A stretch of DNA of 64,000 bases from Nitrospirales bacterium. Lineage in GTDB: Bacteria; Nitrospirota; Nitrospiria; Nitrospirales; UBA8639. The stretch spans positions 864,001-928,000 of the forward strand of contig CBDBCZ010000014.1 of the NCBI GenBank assembly GCA_965203295.1. The letters run 5' to 3'. Positions 1-10,518 of this stretch are shown piece after piece (positions within the stretch are counted from its first letter, which is position 1; each line of letters starts with the position of its first letter). A program made the translations under genes and the position numbers. Under the pieces are notes generated by a model that had not been told where the DNA came from, did not search any database, and was given only the letters and a program-made list of their open reading frames with translations.

Positions 1-391
1 ATTTGGTAATCACCAGTAGAATCCCAGAAGAATTACTGGTCATTCTACATGTACTTGTCATTTATCCACAGACATATAAGTGACATACAAGGAACACTGA
101 ATTAGCTGCACAAAATATCACTCAACTGTGTACATAGAAATCAAGGCCCAAACTCATGAAGTATGCATGGCACCTAAAGTACTGTAAGGGTAGGCGTATA
201 TCATAGTCAGGGTGAACACACGGCAAATTGGCTGGCCCATACAAGTATGAGTTTCCATGATATAGATTCATTTCAGAATGATTCTTATATACAAAAATTG
301 AAAGTAATACACAAAGTGGAAACAACATCAAAGTAGTTAAGCAATGCATATAAAATATTGTGTAAATGACAAAGTGGCCGACTAAGGTAAT

Positions 392-669
392 TTAGTCAAG
401 TTTCATGACTACATGAGCCATTTGTGACATTGTGCTGCCACCATCATTGGACACTTTGCATGTGTATAGACCTTCGTCCTCATCGGTGAAGCAGTGGATA
501 GTGTAGGTTGACTGGACCTCTTTGTTTAGAGAGAGTCCATTGAAGTACCACAGGTAACTGAGTTCTCCAGACCCAGTGGCTACACAGCTCAGAGTTAGGG
601 GGTCCCCGAGTTCAATCTCTTGTGGCTGGGGGTGCACTGAGATCACTGGTTTATCTGTCACTACTGGTG
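392..669 (-). CDS. Terminal exon encoding an I-set Ig domain
   Basis: Pyrimidine tract + cag acceptor at 670-671, phase 1. PVVTDKPVISVHPQPQEIELGDPLTLSCVATG..YLWYFNG..DEGLYTCKVSN has the Ig B-strand C, C-strand W and D-x-G-x-Y-x-C. TAA at 392-394. Confidence 0.85.
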
Positions 670-782
670 CTGTGAGTGGGAGGGAGAGAAATCAATAAGT
701 TGGATGATAGTTTAATTCTGGTAACATGTACACCGTAATGACTTATTTACATCTGCAGCACAATAATTACCAAGCGAGATAA

Positions 783-821
783 CTCGTACCCAGGCCTCCC
801 GGCGGGAGGCCTGGGTACGAG
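783..821. repeat. Mini-palindrome of the (tagc)ctcgt(a/t)cccagg...cctggg(t/a)acgag family
   Basis: Perfect 18-bp stem ctcgtacccaggcctccc-ggc-gggaggcctgggtacgag. Related ends at ~2377, 4620-4662, 19901, 39280, 42838-42941, 51785-51843, 54137 and 58890. Confidence 0.75.
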
Positions 822-945
822 AGGAGAGAAGCAAAGCAACCATTCGTGTTGTATAGACTCCATGTGTGCAGGTTGATGTGTAGTAACACTACAGGAATGT
901 AATTACAGCCTGCCAGAGGACAAAGAGACTATTTAAGAGAGCATA

Positions 946-1518
946 CTGTAGACTCGGGTTATTAAGCGCATGCGCTTATGAGTCAGAGCAGCAAGGAAAT
1001 ATGCGCTTAACAAAAAGTGTGCGCTTATAAATAGCGATTTCTAGCACCGCCCATTAGTCCCACCCACCTTTCGCAACTCGTTCTATGGCTAGCTAGCTAT
1101 CATGGCAAGGGGGGAAGATGCGATGCTGATTCACGAAAGCATCATTCAAGGGCACCACGTGTACAAAATCGTCTTGGTGTTCAACGATTGGACGTCTGGT
1201 ACAAATTATTGTCATGATAGTGGTTGACAACAGTCAGCTTGAACTCTCTTGCATAGCTTTTCCTCTTAGCCTTTCCCGATCTGTTCGAGAGAAGGATAGA
1301 AGCACCAGCAGCCGTAGCCATCATGAGAATCTCCAGTGAAACACTCGGTAATACTTAGCACGTTGCAATCTCGATCTCGTGCTGAGAGAGCCCAAAGTTT
1401 AAAGTTTAATCGGGCGCATGCATGCGCTTAGTAGCGAGTAGCAAAAATCAGGAAGGAAGTATGCGCTTATAAAAAGTTGTGCGCTTATAAAAAAAGGTGC
1501 GCTAACCCGAGTCTACGG
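946..1518 (+). mobile_element. TA-flanked MITE (Tc1/mariner-pogo-like termini) with an internal HIRAN-like ORF remnant
   Basis: TIR ctgtagactcgggtta / taacccgagtctacgg, TA at 944-945 and 1519-1520, subterminal tgcgctta repeats. Internal ESIIQGHHVYK(fs)SSWCSTIG at ~1135-1191. Confidence 0.8.
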
Positions 1519-1823
1519 TACAGTAGAGTTGAGAGCATGTACTGCAGTGGAGTTGCCTGCAGAGAGGCAGCAGTGATTTACAGAGGCAACATATGTAGCA
1601 ACCTAGAAGTAGTGGTAGCGATCTATGGGGGTTCACCGGCAGTGAGTAAGGCTGATTCGGCAGCATCAGACACTGATGGCCGCCATTCTCAAATAACTAC
1701 ATGCACTCCCCCATTTTAATTGGAAAGGAAGTGTGTGTGTATGCAAGTGTTGACTCTTCTAGATCTACATGTATAGGTATTGCTTCCCATGAGGCTTCCA
1801 CATGGAATACCATAATAGCTTAC

Positions 1824-2255
1824 ATGATGCTGACGCCTGAGTGGTAGAAGCATTTGCTGACGTAGGTGGAGCAGATGATGGCACCGGCTGTCCACAAGGC
1901 TCATCCTCTCGTTCTCCTCGACCCCGGTAGCCCATTCTTCCATACTGACCCCAGTGGTCTGGGGCACGTACCAGGGGACCCTGGCCATTGCTAATGGAGA
2001 CTCTAGCAACTTGGGAATCCGTTGAGCCAGCACAATTAGTGACCCTACAGTAGTAGTCACCTCCATCGCTGTCAATGACTGAGTGGATAAGCAGCTCACG
2101 ACTCTCACGGCCATTAATCAGCTCATTGCTTCGGTACCATTGGAATTTTGTTGAAGAGTCAGGGTTCTCGACATCAACGAAGAGGCGAAGTGGTTGTCCA
2201 TACACTACTGTAGAGCTGTAAGGCTGGACTGATATTCTGGGCTTGGAAATATGCT
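1824..2255 (-). CDS. Internal exon encoding an Ig domain plus Gly/Pro/Ser-rich linker, splices in phase to 392-669
   Basis: Acceptor ccatag (ag 2256-2257), donor gtaagc starting at 1823, phase 1-1. HISKPRISVQP..FQWYRSN..DGGDYYCRVTN. The B-strand Cys is replaced (LRLFVDVE). Confidence 0.85.
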
Positions 2256-3456
2256 CTATGGATAGAGAAAAAAGGACACTTTATGGGTGGGATGTGTGGT
2301 ACAATTTCAAAGTATGTGAATAATTCTAACAGAAGCTACCTTTCGTGGTTTTGTGAAGATGAAGCAACAAGATTGCTAGCCTCATTCCCAGGCTACAAAA
2401 GGAGTGGCCTGGTAGACACTGTTTACATGTAACATAATGTACATGTAAAATTGCACACAAATGACAAGCACAGATGCATAGGCGAACCAACCAGGTAACC
2501 TTGCTCAACTTTCAGCCAAACAGAAACAGCAAGACTTCATCGATTTAACAAATTCACTTGGTAGCTTAGCATGAGTGTATTCTTCCATGCATGCGAACTG
2601 GTAAGTATACGGTAACAAATGAAATAACGAGCATATAGGGTACATGTAGCTGTGTTACGCTTGAATCACTGCACTTCAGGGAGGTTGGAACTCTTAACTC
2701 TCAAGTTCAGAGAAGCACACACATAGCTACAGTACCATAAAGCTAAATTTCAAGTAATTGTTCATCAGAAAAGAATGCAGGACATTCTTATCAGTACTTT
2801 TAGCATAGATAAATAATTGGCTGTAGATAAACACAAAATTGTCAGACTTTAGTACACTCTACCTACGTACAGAGCTGCTAGTTTCTTCAAATGTGGGCTT
2901 GAAGGGGAGGGTGCCTTTTCTGGCATAGAAATTAATTTTGTCAGAAGATGCAGCAGCAATTTAATATTAAACTCATGCAGAATGTGAAATACGTACCAAT
3001 AGCTGTAGTCCAAATGCTAAATGCTCAGACATTTGCCTCATCTGTACATGCACTGTGTTTCCTGGAACAATGCATGTAGAAGGAGTGTTGGAGCCTACAT
3101 GATTACCAAATTCCTCCAAATTAGTTTGTTTCTGTTACTTACACATTTTATGTCACCCAGGCAGCATGAAACAGGATTAGTTCTCTGTAGGTATAGTGCA
3201 TGAAGGTTTGCAACCATTCAGTCATGACATGTAGACTGCTTTCACTTACGTAATTGTTTTTAGACCACTCCTGGGCCGTACTTACTACACTTCTCTAAGG
3301 TGTCCACTAGTAGGACACAACTGTGGCTTTGACGCAATCTGTTGTGATGTAACAGTACAACTTCAGCTGTGTATTTTCAGACTCGGCATAATGCAGTAGC
3401 ACTATTCTTCAAGATACATGGCTGGTTTCTATATACATGAACTTTACTCCATGCAG

Positions 3457-3960
3457 ACATTGATGAATGCGAAAGAGACACAGATAACTGCAGCGTAAAT
3501 GTAAACTGCTCAGACACTGAAAGAAGCTTCAACTGTACATGTGTCACTGGGTATGAAGGGGATAGAGTGAATTGCACAAGTAAACCCAATTTCAGTTAGA
3601 GCTTTTACTAAATATCAACAATTTATCCCACAATTCCAGTGTATATTGCCTGAAACCATTGTCACATTTGCACTTACTGAGTTCAGTATGAAATTACTGT
3701 AGTCGTTTCTTTTCTATGCAGATATCAATGAATGTGATAGGGGCTCTCATGACTGATGCTAAAGCAGACTGCACTGACACCAATGGGAGCTACTTATGCA
3801 CCTGCAGAGTAGGATTCAGTGGCAACGGCAACACATGCAGTAAGAAGTTCTAGTGTATTCATTGATCAAGTGCATCCATTGCATTTTCTCCCTCATGATC
3901 AATAGGTTGTACTGATGGTCAGCTGATGTTAGCAAATGGCTCCAGCTCCACAGAAGGCCA
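3457..3960 (+). pseudogene. EGF-Ca / EGF-Ca / SRCR gene fragment (exons 3457-3579, 3722-3839, 3906-~3960)
   Basis: Exon 1 DIDECERDTDNCSVNVNCSDTERSFNCTCVTGYEGDRVNCT, phase 1-1. Exon 2 DINECDRGSHD(frameshift)DAKADCTDTNGSYLCTCRVGFSGNGNTC. Exon 3 CTDGQLMLANGSSSTEGH resembles an SRCR start, then breaks off. All junctions gt-ag. Confidence 0.8.
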
Positions 3961-4342
3961 TCGCTGCTCACGCTAACTCTAAATTCGTATGGGCAGAGAA
4001 CGCAAGCACTATATAGGCTTAATTTTTTTCAACTGCCTGAAATACATTAATGTCTTGCAAGGCATTGGACCAGCAGAGATCTAGCTTCTCCTGCATGGAC
4101 TCCTCTTTCTCTCCTCTCTCCACTGTTAACAAATTTACATATACCCTTTGTGCTAATAGTCATAGTAATTTAATTGGTAAACATTTATACAAATCTAGAT
4201 TGCAACTTTAACTCTATCATCATTGTAGCTACTTTCACTCTTCCAGTTTTCTATGTTATTTTATTTATTGATTTGTGACTCCTAGTTTTAGGCCGGGCAT
4301 TCTTGTGTATGCGTGTCACGAAAATAAAATATTCTATTCTAT
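3961..4342 (+). mobile_element. Probable LINE 3' end
   Basis: Ends in aataaaatattctattctat. A similar (attct)n tail lies at 52661-52682. Confidence 0.4.
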
Positions 4343-5362
4343 AGTCATCAAACAGTACCTCCATAGGCTCAAGCAGATTGCAGTTTTATTAAACTATATT
4401 ATGCTATAGTCTTACAGTGCGTACTTCTAATTGTGCTCAACAAACTGTCGAACCAGCATTAAGTATATACAAGCACGCAACAGCATACGGCATGCGCAGT
4501 TGCGCACATACAATAGTGTCTGCATCAAGGGTAGAATGCACAGCTGGGGATTGAACCCATGAACCTTTTCAAAAACACAATGAGCTACTAGAACCCATGA
4601 GTAGTACCCAGCTTTACACTAGCCTTGTGCCCAGGCTCTTGCGGTGCCTGGGTGCTAGGCTATATCTAAACCTGCTTGTATCACACATACAAACGGGACT
4701 GCCAGTAAAGTGTACAGCTTACCCATAGTATACATTGGCAGACAGAGTACACATTTTCCATCCGCCTAGTTATTCTGCATTAGCGCTTCAACAGATTGGC
4801 CATGGTTATAACACTCAGTGAAATTAGTTTTATTGGCTTTGGCTTCACCTGAGCAGCCAATAAATCGCTTATCATTAATCGCTTTCACCTTGTGCTTAAA
4901 CACACCTGCCAGTAGGAACTAGCCAACTTTCTTGCTATTATGCTCATAATCATGCTCAGAATCGCCTTTCTTGCTATTATGCTCATCAAGTATCAGCAAA
5001 GACACATCAAGTTGGAGCATAGTTGCAGGGAAGTTAGAACATCAGAGCATAGCATATCAATGATTTTGAGCATAATCTCCACAAGCCTTAGCTGTATACA
5101 GCACTACATGTAGCAGTCCCTCTGACATGTATGTATGGCTGCCACAGTACAATACAGGCCTGCTAGAATAGCAAACCCTCCAAAATTTTGTGAAAACAGG
5201 AAGGGTGGCAAGGTAGAGCACAGCTAGATAGGGCTCTGGCTCTTATATACTGAGAGGTTGCTTAAAGCACTTGTGGGTTTACAAGGCTACAATAATTGTT
5301 CATGAATATAATCATGCAAGTATAATCGCTTTTAGCTCTCTGCTCTAATGTTTTGTCTGTCC

Positions 5363-5560
5363 AGGAGTGGGCTAATATTCAGTAATACTCAGGGGTGGGC
5401 TTACGTATATTCAGCAGTGGGCTTATACTCAGGAGTGGGCTTATACTCAGGAGTGAGCTTATACTCAGGGATGTGCTAATACTCAGGGGTGGGCTTATAA
5501 TCAAGAGTGGGCTTATACTCAGTGTGGGCTCATACTCAAGGGTGGACTTAATTATATGCT
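5363..5560 (+). repeat. Degenerate 18-bp tandem array (aggagtgggcttatactc)
   Basis: About 10 visible units. Accounts for the spurious ORF 5395-5682. Confidence 0.8.
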
Positions 5561-6949
5561 CTGGGTGGGTTAAAACAGGGAGAACAATGCCCTTTGGTGT
5601 TCTTAAAACATTGATATGGTACCAATTGCCATCAGAGGAACTTACATCAGAGGAACTTAGGCATGTACGTATGTGTAGCTAGAACTATACCTAATCACCT
5701 GGGAAGTACTGCAGTGCAGCGTGGCCTGTTATCTAGTCAGCTTCAGGACAGGATCATGTATCTTGCTTCTGTTGTGTAAAGACAGACAGCCATCACCTGT
5801 ATACGACAAGGCGGTTGTAGAGATGACATCAAAGTACATCCAGTGCATTCTAGTTGAAAACCTAACAATTAGTGAACAAAAAGTGACATTCAGAGAAGAA
5901 AAAAACAAATGTTACTTACGTACGTACATCACTTCGCACAGCTTGAACCCAGCATGCATACATTCTGAACATGGACCAGTGCATGCAGTATCTTGTCCTA
6001 CGGGGAAAAATGTGGATATTCATGTGACAAGACAGAAATTGTCAATTTGTGCAATCATAACTCATGCAAGATTAGTCATAATGTAAGAAATAAGGGGGGG
6101 GGGGGTCCTCACTACATAAAAACTTCATTCCTCCTGCCAAGTGAAGGTGTCACACCACTTAGCTGCTGGCTGCAAAAAGATCAGGTGGCTCTACATACAA
6201 GCCCATTCAGTCCCAATATGCATACAGCCAATATAGCTCAGAGGTGCAGTGTAATATGTAGCAGCATCTCTACCTTGTCCTGCCACATGTGACGTTAGTA
6301 GTACACACTAGATCCAAATGCATCTCTTACTACATGTGTATCCATGCAACAATGCTACGTATCCTAGAAAGAGCAAATATGACATGAATACCACTTGGGT
6401 ATTCTTAACAGTGTTTCATACAAAGGGAGGGGGGGCGCAGTTGGATCTCCTCTCTCCCCTTCCCTTCAGAATTTTAAAATTATGATGTCATATTTACTAA
6501 TGACACTGATTTTGAATTAAGTGCTGCATAGTTAGCTAGCAGCCAAAAGCCACCAGAATAAAAAATTTTCGGGGGGCATGCCCCCAGACCCCCTAGAAGG
6601 GTGTGGTTTGCACATACCTAGGTAGGTAGCCTGTTTCACAAGGTGTACACGTAAGTGAAGGTTAGCTTCTAATGAGTGATTATTGCATACATTGACTATC
6701 CCTAAGCATTCAGTCTCCATCCTACAGCAAAAAGTCTTGTATGAAACTCTGCTTAAGAGCGACAATATGGCCAAGCTTAAAGATACACTGCCAAGTATAA
6801 TGATAAAATTCAGCACAAGTAAAAAATGGTACAGCTAGTGCCCCAGAGCAAAAGGAAGTACTCATGTTGTTGCCATAGTACTTGCGCCATTGACCACATG
6901 CACCACCATACGCAGTTGTATGATCTCCAGTCAGAGGACAAGAGCAAGA

Positions 6950-8130
6950 GCAAACAGACGATTCACCGTCCTGATCACCATATAACTTATTCTTCCAAGT
7001 ATCCCAAATTAAAACTCTTAACTAGTTTTTTTAATAAAGCCTTAAAATCATAACTGTCCCAATTTTCCACCCTAACCTGTTAATTCTCTTAATTATTGAG
7101 TGCACTATACTTTTCAAAACTGCCCCACAACTGTCTAATATTTCCATGAAAGTATTTCTTATTGCAGCATACACAGGACACTCCCAGAGCACATGTACTA
7201 CACTCTCAAATTCATCCCCACATAACTTACACACTGCCTGTCATTTTTACCCCCATGTCTCCCTAACTCTTCATTCAGACCTAAACTTAAACAGCAATCG
7301 TGTTCCTGGATCCACTGAGAGTAATTCTTGAATTTTATTTCCTTACAAAAAGACTTGGACAGACTCAGTTTATTTAAGCCAACTCTAAAGTCTTTATATT
7401 CGCTCTCTATATCTCAACTCTTCATCTACTCTCTCTAAGAACAAATTTACACTGTTATTATTTCCTGTCTGTCTTGATTTCAACGTAGCAACAATTCACT
7501 GATTAGTTTCCTCCAAGTCTTCCTCTGCCTACCCCTACACAGATTCACTCCCCACTCAAGAGTCTAGTAATAATCTAGGATATCTCTCATCAACCAAATA
7601 TTATTATTGACACCACTTAAGTTTGCACTATTCCCTCCTGCCTTTTAAAGACTCTAACTTCATATCCCCTCTTACTGCTTCATTGCACGTTTTAGAAGAG
7701 CAGCCAAGAATCTTTTCAGCTGATTAGATTCCAAGGAAGCTGTCTGTCGCTTATTACAGGCCTACACTTCATGACCATCCCATGAACCATTATTAGCAAA
7801 TTCAATGCCCAAGTAACAGTAACTTGCAACCCTTGGAATGTCTGCATTCATTACAAAAGCCCTGTACTACATTAATATTAATGTCTGTAAGTCCTCGGCA
7901 TTTAGTAGTTAAACCTACAAAATCAGCAGCAAACTTTAGACCCCCAACCTTAACATCCTTCTCCTTAATGCCAATCCCAGCCTTCTCAACCTCATTTAAC
8001 AACTGATTGATGAAAATGAAAAGAGAACTAGGCAAAATACTACAACCCTGTGCCACCCCTTGACCTATATTGAATGGTTTGGATTTTTCTCCCTCCAGTA
8101 AAACAGCACTCATAAGAACCTTGCATACAA
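6950..8130 (-). mobile_element. 5'-truncated LINE (RT C-terminal part and CCHC knuckle), degraded
   Basis: GQGVAQGCSILP..FINQLL..GGLKFAADFVGL (QG motif and degenerate FADD). CKLCGDEFESVVHVLWECPVY matches the CX2CX8HX4C end of non-LTR ORF2. Confidence 0.85.
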
Positions 8131-8451
8131 AAGGAAAGTTCTCTGAATACGGGAAAGTGAAGTTAACGTTTAACTTAACTTTTGCCATGGGGAAGACTAG
8201 AGCATCTGAGTAGTTGAAATATTGGCGGAATTTCGAAAGTTGGTACTCAGAGAATTTTCCTTTCTTAAGAGAGTAGATTTTAAAATAACGTTTACTTACA
8301 TATTTTGCACTATCTCATAGGGAGTTTAGCTCTCAAAGTGGTATACATGTTCCCACAGCATGAAAGTCCCAGGCAAAACACTTACAGCCATATAATTGTA
8401 TTGTTGTGAAAAATACGTACAATTTAATTGGCTGAAAAGAGGAAAATTAGA

Positions 8452-8923
8452 CCTCCTTTTTGTAGCTGAACACAGTAAACCTGATGTACCATGTTTGACT
8501 CAGCTTGGAAGAACAGACTCCAAGTGGCAAAAAGATTGTCAGAAAATGTTTAGAAATGTTTTATCCGCAACTTGAGAGATTTTTTGAAAATAATAACACC
8601 TACATGTACATGTACGCTGAACAGTTGGTTGTGAAAATTGAAGTCGCCTATAAATTATTGTTAACTTTTGCCATAACGATATTCCATCACTCTAAATGCA
8701 ACAATGACAAAATCGAAATACGATACATTTCATTATGTGATGTTAACTATGTAACCTGAAATTTTCACCACCGACTGTTCAATAATATTATAGGTACTAC
8801 TACATGATCTGCACCTTATAGTCTGATGTTTTGTCTGTAATTTTGATCCACTTGGAGTCTGCTCTTCAAAGGTGGGTCAAACATGGTACATCTGGTTTAC
8901 TGTGTTCACCTACAGAAAGGAGG
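8452..8923. repeat. ~50-bp inverted repeat pair (8452-8500 / 8875-8923), probable MITE
   Basis: cctcctttttgtagctgaacacagtaaacctgatgtaccatgtttgac versus its near-perfect reverse complement. Confidence 0.65.
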
Positions 8924-10240
8924 ACTAACTCCCAACGCTTCTCTTTTCAGCCGATTACCAATTTCAACAACTGGGTTGTAAATTCCTGTGGTTTACCTAT
9001 CTAATTAAGACATTTGTGTGGGTAGATTTACTTATACCACTTTTAATAGAGAGATCAACTCCAAACCCTGTAGAAAATATATGGAACAGCGTATGTACAT
9101 ACGTATCTACTCTTGCTCTGGAGCATGCAGAAGGGGTGAAACTTACATCACTGTGATCTATAGAGGAGAGTAGGATCTTCCACTTTGGTGAAAACATGGC
9201 TGTTGAAGACATTCATGACCTTCCCAATACCAAGGCCTTGGACTAGAGAGCTAACAATTAGGGTTCAGGTCATCGCGTGCCACTCCAGTGAAGTACAAGC
9301 CTCAGCATAACAACATTGCTCATATCACTCTCCAAATGCAACAGTGCACAAGCAAAGCACATCACAACTACATGTACATCACAGCTATATGCCTATATGC
9401 ATATTAAGTACATGTACATAAATCTTGAAGACATTCAGAGTACAAGCCACCCTACAAAATGTCTGTCTTGCTCATGGCATGTCACAAGCAAGGTAACACT
9501 TGACAGAGTTCCAGTTTAGATAAAATGATCAGGGAGCTAAATCCAAAAGCTCAAAGCGGAGCGCCTGTATATGAGTATAGATCCAGAGTAGGTTACACTG
9601 TTCCTGCACTAGAATTAGGCTAGCTAAACTGCTGCTGCGTTCAAAAATTAAATGACACACCACAGCTAATCACATGACAGCAAGCTACTGTACCACCAGA
9701 GTTCATGCAAATACAACTGCGGCTACCAATATCAATGCCTTGAGCTTTAGTTTCTGCTATTCTGTTAGTAGCACATCGTCTACTAATGTACTATCTATGC
9801 CTTACCCCAACATAGCTGCACAGCCTTGTCTCAGCTGCTCAGTGCACACTCATTCACTGACTATAGTACTCTACACTCCTCGACCTTCAGCCACTCCACT
9901 CCGAGTAAATATCCCCCAATGACATTACTGCATGACTGTCACTCACAGTTCTTGCCAACATCTAGACATATATAAGCCCAAAGAAATTGTCAGCAGTCTC
10001 AAGAAGCCACCTAAAGCGACATTAATTAGAGCACTTAAGATTCAAAGGGAATATGCAGCTAAAGTCTTTCCCACCTCAACCAAGTGACTCTGTATAAAGA
10101 TCTGACTAGGGCTATACAGTTAAGGACAAAAATAGCTTTTCACCATCACACTGGGGTATGTGGTAAAGTTAAGACTTCTTGTTTTTCAGTTATTTTCTTT
10201 CCCTGATTCCTTGGCAAGCTAACAGAGTGATATAATAGAT

Positions 10241-10518
10241 CAACACTAGCAGAGTACTAGTATTAGAGTGGTAGTTGTGTGCTTACATCATCGCCAGACT
10301 ACGTATACTACAAGGGAGTGCTGATACGTATCTCAGTACAAAACTAGTGCAAATTATGTATCAGCACAAACAGTCAACACTAGCAGAGTACTAGTATTAG
10401 AGTGGTAGTTATGTGCTTACATCATCGCCAGACTACGTATACTACAAGGGAGTGCTGATACGTATCTCAGTACAAAACTAGTGCAAATTATGTATAATAA
10501 ATCTCAGCACAAACAGTC
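10241..10518 (+). repeat. Recent tandem duplication, 134-bp unit
   Basis: caacactagcagagtactag...cagcacaaacagt at 10241 and 10375. Near-identical apart from one substitution and a short insertion in copy 2. Confidence 0.9.
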
